Assembly: GCA_965368975.1 (NCBI GenBank)
Contig: CBDUPA010000026.1
Coordinates: forward strand, 5,488-69,487
Source: an uncultured bacterium
GTDB taxonomy: Bacteria; Acidobacteriota; Thermoanaerobaculia; Multivoradales; JAHZIX01
Direction: 5' to 3'
DNA length: 64,000 nucleotides
The position numbers and the translations under genes are program-made. Under the pieces are notes generated by a model that was not told where the DNA came from, searched no databases, and saw nothing but the letters and a program-made list of their open reading frames with translations. Position 1 is the stretch's first letter; every line of letters begins with the position of its first letter. Positions 1 through 6,722 of the stretch are shown here, piece after piece.

Positions 1-582
1 CTCTTGGACCAGGGCGAGATCGACAACGTGCTGGTGTTCACTCGTACCAAGCACCGCGCCAACCGTCTGGCCAAGTTCCTCAACGGCCGCGGCCACGCCG
101 CCGATCGCATCCATGGCAACCGCACGCAGGCACAGCGCACCAAGGCGCTGGCCGCTTTCAAGAACGGCGAGACCCGCATCCTGGTTGCCACCGATATTGC
201 CGCCCGCGGCATCGACGTCGACTCCTTGTCGCACGTCATCAACTTCGACGTCCCCAATGTCCCCGAGGACTACATCCACCGCGTCGGCCGCACCGCGCGT
301 GCGCAGGCGACGGGTGAGGCGTTCACCTTCGTGTCGGACCAGGAGATGTCGGAGCTGCGGGCGATCGAACGTGCTGTTGGCAAGAAGCTGCCGCGCAAGC
401 AACTCGATGGCTTCTCCTACGACGCGCCGCCACCGCAGTCTCAGGACCACGTGTCGCAGGGGCAAGGACATCGTACTTCTCCGAACCGTCGCACCGCATC
501 CCACCGCCCCGCGGCTGGCCGCCCCGCTGGTCAGGGCTCCGGACGCCCGCGTCGGCGTCGTGCCCGGGGTGGCGGGCGCTAA
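1..582 (+). CDS. DEAD-box ATP-dependent RNA helicase, C-terminal part (5' end lies outside the window)
   Basis: Frame is open from base 1. Helicase C-domain motifs are present (VLVFTRTKHRANRLA, ILVATDIAARGIDV, IHRVGRTARA; RhlE-like pattern), followed by a basic Arg/Gly/Pro tail. An intrinsic terminator follows the gene. Confidence 0.9.
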   Translation, partial: LLDQGEIDNVLVFTRTKHRANRLAKFLNGRGHAADRIHGNRTQAQRTKALAAFKNGETRILVATDIAARGIDVDSLSHVINFDVPNVPEDYIHRVGRTARAQATGEAFTFVSDQEMSELRAIERAVGKKLPRKQLDGFSYDAPPPQSQDHVSQGQGHRTSPNRRTASHRPAAGRPAGQGSGRPRRRRARGGGR

Positions 583-605
583 GAGCGTCGCGCGTCTCGC
601 GTGAT

Positions 606-660
606 CTCCGCAACTCGACGCGCTCGGCATCTTCACAGGTGCCGAGCGTTTTTGCTGTTT
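606..660. repeat. Direct repeat copy A (contains the helicase terminator)
   Basis: Ungapped alignment with 1466-1520 gives 40/55 identical positions (counted by hand). The match covers stem, loop and T-tract. Confidence 0.6.
621..653 (+). terminator. Rho-independent terminator after the helicase gene
   Basis: 9-bp stem CGCTCGGCA/TGCCGAGCG with a 10-nt loop, followed by TTTTTGCTGTTT. Confidence 0.8.
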
Positions 661-775
661 GTGGTGGTAGGTGTCTTCGGCAGGTTGCATGACAAGTTCT
701 GAGCGGAGCCAGCATGGTAAAGTGCATTGCACTGCAACGCAGTTCGTCACTCAGGCTTCGTCGAGGATCAGCACC

Positions 776-1027
776 ATGCCAAGTCAACTGACCGTCCGAC
801 TCGCAGATGAACTCGACCGAGCGCTCACCCAAGCTGCCGCACAATCGCAGCGCAAGCGTTCGGAGATCGTCCGTCTGGCGCTACAGCAGTACCTTGGGTT
901 CCAAAGACCCGGCACGCGCCCCGCAGATCGAGTTCGTCACCTCTTCGGCTGTATCGAGTCGGGGGTTCCGGATCTGGCGGAGAATCATCGAACCCATATT
1001 CTGAAGTCGCTCGCGGATGGCGACTAA
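776..1027 (+). CDS. vapB: Ribbon-helix-helix (CopG/VapB-type) antitoxin
   Basis: MPSQLTVRLADELDRALTQAAAQSQRKRSEIVRLALQQYL is a typical RHH N-terminus. The gene overlaps the downstream PIN gene by 11 nt. I chose the ATG at 776 rather than the ORF-track start at 671. Confidence 0.8.
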   Translation: MPSQLTVRLADELDRALTQAAAQSQRKRSEIVRLALQQYLGFQRPGTRPADRVRHLFGCIESGVPDLAENHRTHILKSLADGD

Positions 1028-1436
1028 TACGCTGCTGCTCGACACAGGAGCTCTGGTCTCGCTCCTCGACCGAAGTCAGCGACTGCATGCGGCGTGTGTC
1101 GAGGTGTTTGAAGCCTGGACGGACGCGGTGGTGAGTACGGAAGCGGTGCTCACGGAAGCGACCCACTTGATGGGTCGCAAGCCTGGCGGTAGAGAAGCGT
1201 GTGCCGAGTTCTTCCTAAAGGGCGGTGCCACGCTGGTCCCCACCGTACCGGCTGCGCTGCTGCGCTGCCGCGAACTGATGGAGAAGTACGCGGACCTGCC
1301 GATGGACTATGCTGACGCGACGCTCGTGGTGCTGGCCGAGGAAGTCGAGTCGGACCTGGTCTTCACGACAGATCGTGATTTCTTGGTGTATCGGCACAAA
1401 GGCTGGCGAACGTTCCGGATCGTGCCGGAGCTCTAG
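1017..1436 (+). CDS. vapC: PIN-domain ribonuclease toxin (VapC family)
   Basis: LLLDTGALVSLLD near the N-terminus, plus DYADATLVVLAEE and VFTTDRDF acidic motifs. Length is 139 aa and the gene is coupled to the upstream RHH gene. Confidence 0.85.
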   Translation: MATNTLLLDTGALVSLLDRSQRLHAACVEVFEAWTDAVVSTEAVLTEATHLMGRKPGGREACAEFFLKGGATLVPTVPAALLRCRELMEKYADLPMDYADATLVVLAEEVESDLVFTTDRDFLVYRHKGWRTFRIVPEL

Positions 1437-1465
1437 TGGAGAGTACTGGTGGGCACATTGCGGAC

Positions 1466-1520
1466 TTCCGGAACTTGAGGTGCTCGGCACCGTCCAAGGT
1501 GTCGAGCGTTTTTCTTTCTG
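1466..1520. repeat. Direct repeat copy B (contains the vapC terminator)
   Basis: 40/55 identity with 606-660, ungapped. Confidence 0.6.
1482..1513 (+). terminator. Rho-independent terminator after vapC
   Basis: Stem GCTCGGCAC/GTGTCGAGC (one G-U pair) with an 8-nt loop, followed by GTTTTTCTTTC. Confidence 0.7.
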
Positions 1521-1569
1521 AAGTTGCCAGGTCTCAGTTCTAATCCAGAACTCTAGCCTGCGGGTGCTT

Positions 1570-2529
1570 CTAGGCGTCCTGCTGCTGCGCCTCCCATCCA
1601 TAGTCGACATACCGCCAGCTGACCTCGTCCCCGCGGAACTCCAGCATCGTATAGCCCTCCTCGAAGCCGTCCCGTACCCCCTGCCACCAGTTCCCTGACA
1701 CTGCGCCGACGTTGGCGAATTCGATACCCTTGAACTTGAAGGTCTCGACGACGTGCAGGTGACCGGCGAGCACGAGCTTGACGTTGTGCTGCAGGAGGAC
1801 CTTGGCGACTTCATGCGAGTTGGTGACGGCGTAACCAGCAGGGATGCCTTGGGTGGTGCCGGCATTCCATTCGACGTAATTGGTGAACAGCGGGATGTGA
1901 CCGACAACGACGGTGGGTTTGTTGTTGGCGGCGAGATCGTCGGCGAGCCAGGCGAGTTGTTCGGCGTCGACGTGGCCGATGTAGTGGCGCTCTTCGAGGC
2001 CGATGGTGTCGAGGATGACGAAGTGCCAACCTTCGTGGTCGAAACTGCGGTAGGTCGACTCCAGGCCTAAGCGCTGGCGGAACAGTTCCTTGCCGTACAT
2101 GGGATCGTCGGGCGAGATGCCGCTCGATTCGTAGACGCCGTAGCAGTCGTGGTTGCCGATTGTGTGATGGATCGGTACCTGGATTGGAGCCAGGGCGGTA
2201 TCGAGCAGGTCGAACTGGGCGTCGGCCGCTTCTCGATCAGTTTCCAAGACATCGAAGACCAGATCACCGCCGGTGATCACGGCTTCGGGGGCTTGTGGCT
2301 GCGCCAGCATGTGCTCGACGGCCTTGGCCGTGCCGGTGGGGGCGTCGAGTTCACCATTGATGTGCGGGTCGCTCAGAAAGCCGATGGTGAAATCCGGTGC
2401 GTCGGGTTTCGGTGCTGGCGCGTCGTTGGCGGACGGTCGGGCGCAGCCGTTCAAGGTGCCGGCAGTGATCCCGCCGAGAGCGAGACCTCCGAAAGTGAAG
2501 GTGCGAAGCAGGTCGCGTCGGTTGAGCAT
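1570..2529 (-). CDS. Metallophosphoesterase (calcineurin-like), probable Tat-exported lipoprotein
   Basis: Twin-arginine signal MLNRRDLLRTF and a lipobox-like LNGC. Motifs DPH, GGDLV, GNHD and GHxH (AGHLH) are present. GGAGAG lies 5 nt upstream of the ATG at 2529. Confidence 0.85.
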   Translation of the reverse strand: MLNRRDLLRTFTFGGLALGGITAGTLNGCARPSANDAPAPKPDAPDFTIGFLSDPHINGELDAPTGTAKAVEHMLAQPQAPEAVITGGDLVFDVLETDREAADAQFDLLDTALAPIQVPIHHTIGNHDCYGVYESSGISPDDPMYGKELFRQRLGLESTYRSFDHEGWHFVILDTIGLEERHYIGHVDAEQLAWLADDLAANNKPTVVVGHIPLFTNYVEWNAGTTQGIPAGYAVTNSHEVAKVLLQHNVKLVLAGHLHVVETFKFKGIEFANVGAVSGNWWQGVRDGFEEGYTMLEFRGDEVSWRYVDYGWEAQQQDA

Positions 2530-2648
2530 CGGTTCTCTCCGGGGGGCAGTTGGCTGGATGAACTTGCCGGAGCTTACCACTGGCCGCGAGGAGTAGGGAG
2601 GCCAGAGTCTGCTATTCTAGATTGATGTTTTGACATAGGGTTCTGCTA

Positions 2649-2681
2649 TGCACGCACAGTATTAATATGTTGTTGCGTGCA
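2649..2681 (+). promoter_or_regulatory. Inverted repeat bracketing an AT-rich -10-like element upstream of the protease gene
   Basis: TGCACGCA (2649-2656) and TGCGTGCA (2674-2681) flank CAGTATTAATATGTTGT, which contains TAATAT. TTGACA at 2630-2635 is too far upstream to pair with that -10. Confidence 0.3.
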
Positions 2682-2741
2682 CGAGTTCAGCCTGGGCGCA
2701 TCGTCGTGGCTTGGGCGTTCTACCAATCAGGAGATAGGAGA

Positions 2742-4235
2742 ATGAATATGATGAAGACAGCAGAGCGCTGCTGTACCTGGCTCGGTGCCGCACTGGCGCT
2801 GAGCCTGACGCTAACCCCGACTCTTGCCGCCGAGTCGGCCGAAGACATCTGCAGCGCCGTGCCGAAGTCCGAGGACGGCCAGGCGGTGCAGGTCGGTGAA
2901 GAGGTCATGCTGAGCCTCGACTCACCCGCGGTCACGCTTGCCGGCAAGGAAGAGCAACTGGTCTGGAGTGAGGAGATCCAGGACCCGGAAGGTGCCTACA
3001 TCGCACCGCATTTCGATGCCTTCCAGTTGCCGGAAGGTGCACGTCTCGTCGTGCGCTCTCCCGAGGGTGAACGCTCGTGGGAGTACACGGGCAGTGGACA
3101 GGGCGAAGGTGACGGATTCTGGGGTATTCATATCCATGGCGATACGGCCATCGTGGAGCTGTATTCCAGCGTCTCGCTGCTGGGTGGCGAGGTGAGCATC
3201 GACAGCTATGCTCGCGGCTACGATCTGCCGATGGACTTCGAGGCGCTGTGCGGCACGGACGATTCGGCGTGGGCCAAGTGCTACCAGACCAGCCATCCGC
3301 AGGTCTACAACAGCTCACGTGCTGTGGCCCGCTTGCTGATCGGTGGTACCAGCCTGTGCACGGGGTGGTTGGTCGGCAGCGACGGCCACCTGATGACCAA
3401 CAACCACTGCATCAGCAATGCCAGCGAGGCCAACAGCACCACGGTGGAGTTCATGGCCGAGGGGGCCACCTGCGGGACCAACTGCGCTTCCGCACTGGGC
3501 TGCCCTGGCACTGTCGTGGCCACCAGCACGACCTATGTGCAGTCGGATTTCACGCTCGACTACGCGCTGGTCAAGCTGCCGACCAACCCGACGACGACCT
3601 ACGGCTTCTTGCAGATGCGGGATCGTGGTACGGCAGCGGGTGAGCGTATCTACATCCCGCAGCATCCTGCGGGTTGGGGTAAGAAGATCGCTCTCTTCTC
3701 GACCCACTCGGACGACGAGACGGGCTTTTGCCAGGTCGAGAGTACAACGCGACCGCCCTGCAGCGGTGGTGCCGGCAACAATGACGTGGGCTACTGGTGC
3801 GACACGCAGGGCGGCAGCTCCGGTTCGCCGGTCCTCGGCTTGTGTGACCACGTCGTGCTGGCGCTGCACCACTGTGGCAGCTGCCCGAACCGCGGCGTGC
3901 CGATCGAGAAGGTGATCCGCGAGCTGCGCGATGCTGGCAACCTGCCGCCCAACAGCATCGCCAGTACCTGGGGGTGCGGCGATTGCGGTCCGGGGTATTG
4001 CGACGGCACGCAGTACTGCGACGATCTCGGCTGCTACCCGGCGGGTAGTCCGCTGTCGCGGGCCATCTGCGAGTGTGGCTGGTTGGCGCCCCAGTGTGGA
4101 ATTGGCGGCTGTGTCGGCGATAGCTACTGCGACGGGGCCAACTGCCAGTACCCGGTGTGCTGGATCGACACGTATCCCGGCTCGCAGGTGATGTGCCAGG
4201 GCCGTGAGGTCGACGCCGCCTGCAACGTGATCTGA
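2742..4235 (+). CDS. Secreted trypsin-like (S1/V8-type) serine protease with a Cys-rich C-terminal domain
   Basis: AGGAGATAGGAG lies immediately upstream of the ATG at 2742 and a signal peptide follows. Catalytic-triad contexts are GWLVGSDGHLMTNNHC, DYALVKL and GGSSGSPV. The last ~95 aa contain many Cys residues. Confidence 0.85.
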   Translation: MNMMKTAERCCTWLGAALALSLTLTPTLAAESAEDICSAVPKSEDGQAVQVGEEVMLSLDSPAVTLAGKEEQLVWSEEIQDPEGAYIAPHFDAFQLPEGARLVVRSPEGERSWEYTGSGQGEGDGFWGIHIHGDTAIVELYSSVSLLGGEVSIDSYARGYDLPMDFEALCGTDDSAWAKCYQTSHPQVYNSSRAVARLLIGGTSLCTGWLVGSDGHLMTNNHCISNASEANSTTVEFMAEGATCGTNCASALGCPGTVVATSTTYVQSDFTLDYALVKLPTNPTTTYGFLQMRDRGTAAGERIYIPQHPAGWGKKIALFSTHSDDETGFCQVESTTRPPCSGGAGNNDVGYWCDTQGGSSGSPVLGLCDHVVLALHHCGSCPNRGVPIEKVIRELRDAGNLPPNSIASTWGCGDCGPGYCDGTQYCDDLGCYPAGSPLSRAICECGWLAPQCGIGGCVGDSYCDGANCQYPVCWIDTYPGSQVMCQGREVDAACNVI

Positions 4236-4272
4236 CGTTCTGGGTCGACTCTCACAGCGTCAGCTCTAGATA

Positions 4273-4315
4273 GAGGAACCGCCGCGGTGCTCGTGCGCCG
4301 CGGCGGCTCCTCTTT
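4273..4315. terminator. Hairpin between convergent genes (possible bidirectional terminator)
   Basis: ~15-bp stem GAGGAACCGCCGCGG/CCGCGGCGGCTCCTC (one mismatch) with a 10-nt loop, followed by TTT. Confidence 0.55.
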
Positions 4316-4330
4316 GGGTGAGTCGCCGGA

Positions 4331-6145
4331 TCAGCGAGCGGATTCGCGGATCAGGCGCAGCTGGTAGGCACCCACCTCGCCGGGCAGCGCGGAGGTCATC
4401 GCGACGCCGTAGTCGCCGTTCTCGGGCAGCGTGGCTTCGATGTAGGCATTGGTGCCGGTGCCGCCATCATCGTCTTCGGCGATGCGGTCACCCTCGAAGC
4501 GGTCGAGCATCAGGTAGGTGTCGAAGTCTTCGGAGGTTGCTTCCAGTCGGATGGTTTCCCCCTTGCGGCCGTGGAAGTAGTAGACGTCCAGGTACTCGCC
4601 GTCGTCGAGGGTCTCATCTCCCGGCAGCAGGTAGGCATGGGTTGGGCGATCGTCGCTCAGGATGGCATCGAAGCGAGTGAACATCTCGTCGTCGCCGCCC
4701 TGGATGAAGTGTGGGGCACGGCGGGCAAGGGCGCACTGCATGGGGCTCAGCTGGCCGCCGAGGCTACTGGTATCCGCGTCTTCGGCCATCAGGTTCTGCG
4801 TTGTGTCGTTGTTGGGGTCGCCATCGCCTTCGGTGGGATCGGGCAGGCCGAGCATCTCACCGATCTGACGCGCTAGCTCCAGTTCCAGCTCGCGTTCGTG
4901 CAGCGCTGCATCGCTGAGAATGATGCTGACGCGGCTGGGGGCGAAGGTGGTGGACGAGAAGTGGGTGCTGTACGGACCACCGCCTTCGATGCGGGGCACG
5001 ACGAAGACAGTCAGGATACCCTCGGTCGGGCCGACGCGTTCGGGAAGCTCTTGCAGGGCGAGTTCTTCGTCCGTCCAGCCTTCGTCGGCAATCTCCAGGG
5101 CGTCTTCGACACCCGGAACCTCGACCGGAGGTCGGGGTTCGTCGCTGTCGAGCAGGATGCCGATGCCGCACTGCTTCCAGACGTCACGGCTGCGCTCGAC
5201 CACGCGCAGAACCTGATCTGTGGTCGCTTGCGATCCGCCCTTGCCGTTCTCGCCGTGCACGCGCAGCAGGCGCAGCTGCAGCGTGGCGCCATCGCGCTCA
5301 GGGCCCGGGAAGGGCGCGGCGGTGAGCTGGTACTGGCCACCGCGCAGTTCGCTGGTCGAGCTGACTTCGATCACCACCTCGCTACCCTCCGGCGTGGTCT
5401 TGGACGGCTCGAGGTACACCAGGGGGCGCAAGTCGCCGGAGGACAGGCTGATGTCATCGGCCCAGTAGACCAGCTCGCCGGAAGGTGAATTGACCCACAG
5501 CAGCAGGTCCAGCTCGCGGGAGGTGGCCAGGACCGCCACCGGGTGGGGCGGCATTTCGAGGCGCCAGACGTCTTCGTAGCTGTCAGCGGCGTTGATGGTG
5601 TCCCCTGGTGCCAGCCAAGCGTCGACGGTGTGGCCGACCTGCAGCTGTGAATGGCCTTCACGTACGCTCTGGCTCTTGACCGAGATGGTGTACATGCCGG
5701 TGCTCACCTCGACAGAGTTGGCCCAGGCCTGATAGGTGCCCCGGAGGCTGGGGAAGAACTCGATTTGGGAGGAATCGCCACGCGCAAAGTTCTCATCGTC
5801 GTTGATCTCGAGCACGAAGCCATCGGGATCGATCAGCATCAAGACCGGGTCGAAGTCGTCCGAGGCGAGCTGAATCGTGACCAGATCACCGGGCTCTCCG
5901 TCGAAGGTATAGATGTCGAAGTAGGTTTCGTCGAACAGCAGTCCGTCCCTGCTGGACAACTTGCCGGTCGTCGCTTCGCCCAGGGGCAGCGGCGTGCGGC
6001 TGTCGGGCCAGCGCTCGGCCTGGTCGGTGGCGCGCAGGCGGTCTTCGCCGCCTCCTTGAGCGTTGGCCGGGAGGCACGGCACGAGTAGCGCCGTGAGAAG
6101 TACCGCGAGCAGTACGAGGGGGAGACCGAGACGATGGGAATGCAT
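4331..6145 (-). CDS. Secreted protein with N- and C-terminal pre-peptidase C-terminal (PPC)-like domains and a central degenerate metzincin-like region
   Basis: Signal peptide MHSHRLGLPLVLLAVLLTALLVPCLPANA. PPC-like stretches are YFDIYTFDGEPGDLVTIQLASDDFDPVLMLIDPDG and YLDVYYFHGRKGETIRLEATSEDFDTYLMLD. AGGAAGG RBS upstream. Confidence 0.7.
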   Translation of the reverse strand: MHSHRLGLPLVLLAVLLTALLVPCLPANAQGGGEDRLRATDQAERWPDSRTPLPLGEATTGKLSSRDGLLFDETYFDIYTFDGEPGDLVTIQLASDDFDPVLMLIDPDGFVLEINDDENFARGDSSQIEFFPSLRGTYQAWANSVEVSTGMYTISVKSQSVREGHSQLQVGHTVDAWLAPGDTINAADSYEDVWRLEMPPHPVAVLATSRELDLLLWVNSPSGELVYWADDISLSSGDLRPLVYLEPSKTTPEGSEVVIEVSSTSELRGGQYQLTAAPFPGPERDGATLQLRLLRVHGENGKGGSQATTDQVLRVVERSRDVWKQCGIGILLDSDEPRPPVEVPGVEDALEIADEGWTDEELALQELPERVGPTEGILTVFVVPRIEGGGPYSTHFSSTTFAPSRVSIILSDAALHERELELELARQIGEMLGLPDPTEGDGDPNNDTTQNLMAEDADTSSLGGQLSPMQCALARRAPHFIQGGDDEMFTRFDAILSDDRPTHAYLLPGDETLDDGEYLDVYYFHGRKGETIRLEATSEDFDTYLMLDRFEGDRIAEDDDGGTGTNAYIEATLPENGDYGVAMTSALPGEVGAYQLRLIRESAR

Positions 6146-6220
6146 GTGGTGTCCTTCCTGAAGTCCATCCCTGAGACGCCGCGAACCGGGGGGGGAGCCA
6201 AGCCGGCCCGGGGACGCCTC

Positions 6221-6251
6221 GAAGAAACAAAGGTCCTGGGGTGCAGGACCT
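6221..6251 (-). terminator. Rho-independent terminator downstream of the small Cys-rich peptide gene
   Basis: On the minus strand: AGGTCCTG, a 5-nt loop, CAGGACCT, then TTGTTTCTTC. Confidence 0.65.
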
Positions 6252-6290
6252 GTATAGTTTATCTCTTGGTTCGACGGCCAAGTAGGGGAG

Positions 6291-6326
6291 AACCTCCGGC
6301 GGCCTCTGTGAGGCTCGCCGGAGGTT
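6291..6326 (-). other. Perfect 11-bp stem hairpin 25 nt after the peptide gene stop
   Basis: AACCTCCGGCG, a 14-nt loop, then CGCCGGAGGTT. There is no U-tract. Confidence 0.5.
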
Positions 6327-6350
6327 CAGACTCGATTCGCTCGACCTGCT

Positions 6351-6581
6351 TCAGGCGCAGCCGGCGAAGATGCAAGTGACGCAGGAGATGCAGATCGAGA
6401 TCTCGTTGGTCTGGCCCAGGCAGCGATCCGGGTTGCAGGTCTCGCAACTGCAAGTACATGGTTTCGGTTCGTCGACAGCGATGGCGACCGCGGCGCCGTT
6501 GGCGTGGCGCAGGCTGCTCTGATCCATGAACTGGATGGTCTCCCGGTTCAGTTGCAACTTGTTCGTCTTACGCTTGCGCAT
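6351..6581 (-). CDS. Small exported Cys/Ser/Thr-rich peptide precursor (RiPP/bacteriocin-like, double-glycine-type leader)
   Basis: GGAGGAGGAG lies 5 nt upstream of the ATG. The leader KLQLNRETIQFMDQSSLRHANGAA resembles KLxLxKETLxxL...GG leaders. The last 35 aa hold 9 Cys and 7 Ser/Thr. The gene has its own hairpin and terminator. Confidence 0.7.
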   Translation of the reverse strand: MRKRKTNKLQLNRETIQFMDQSSLRHANGAAVAIAVDEPKPCTCSCETCNPDRCLGQTNEISICISCVTCIFAGCA

Positions 6582-6722
6582 AGGTACTCCTCCTCCGTGT
6601 TGTGCGAGCGCGGGTTCGCGCTGCGGACCTCGCGGCTCGGCAGATTGAGATGTAGCCCTACTCTAGCGCTTGACGCCAAGGGTCGCCAGGGCTGGATTTG
6701 CTTCCTCCGCTCTCGGGGTACC

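Noticed and set aside
2667-2741. ORF-track start at 2667 for the protease gene
   Set aside because: The first 25 codons lie in the AT-rich promoter-like region and encode no signal peptide. The ATG at 2742 has a strong AGGAG RBS and is followed immediately by a signal sequence.
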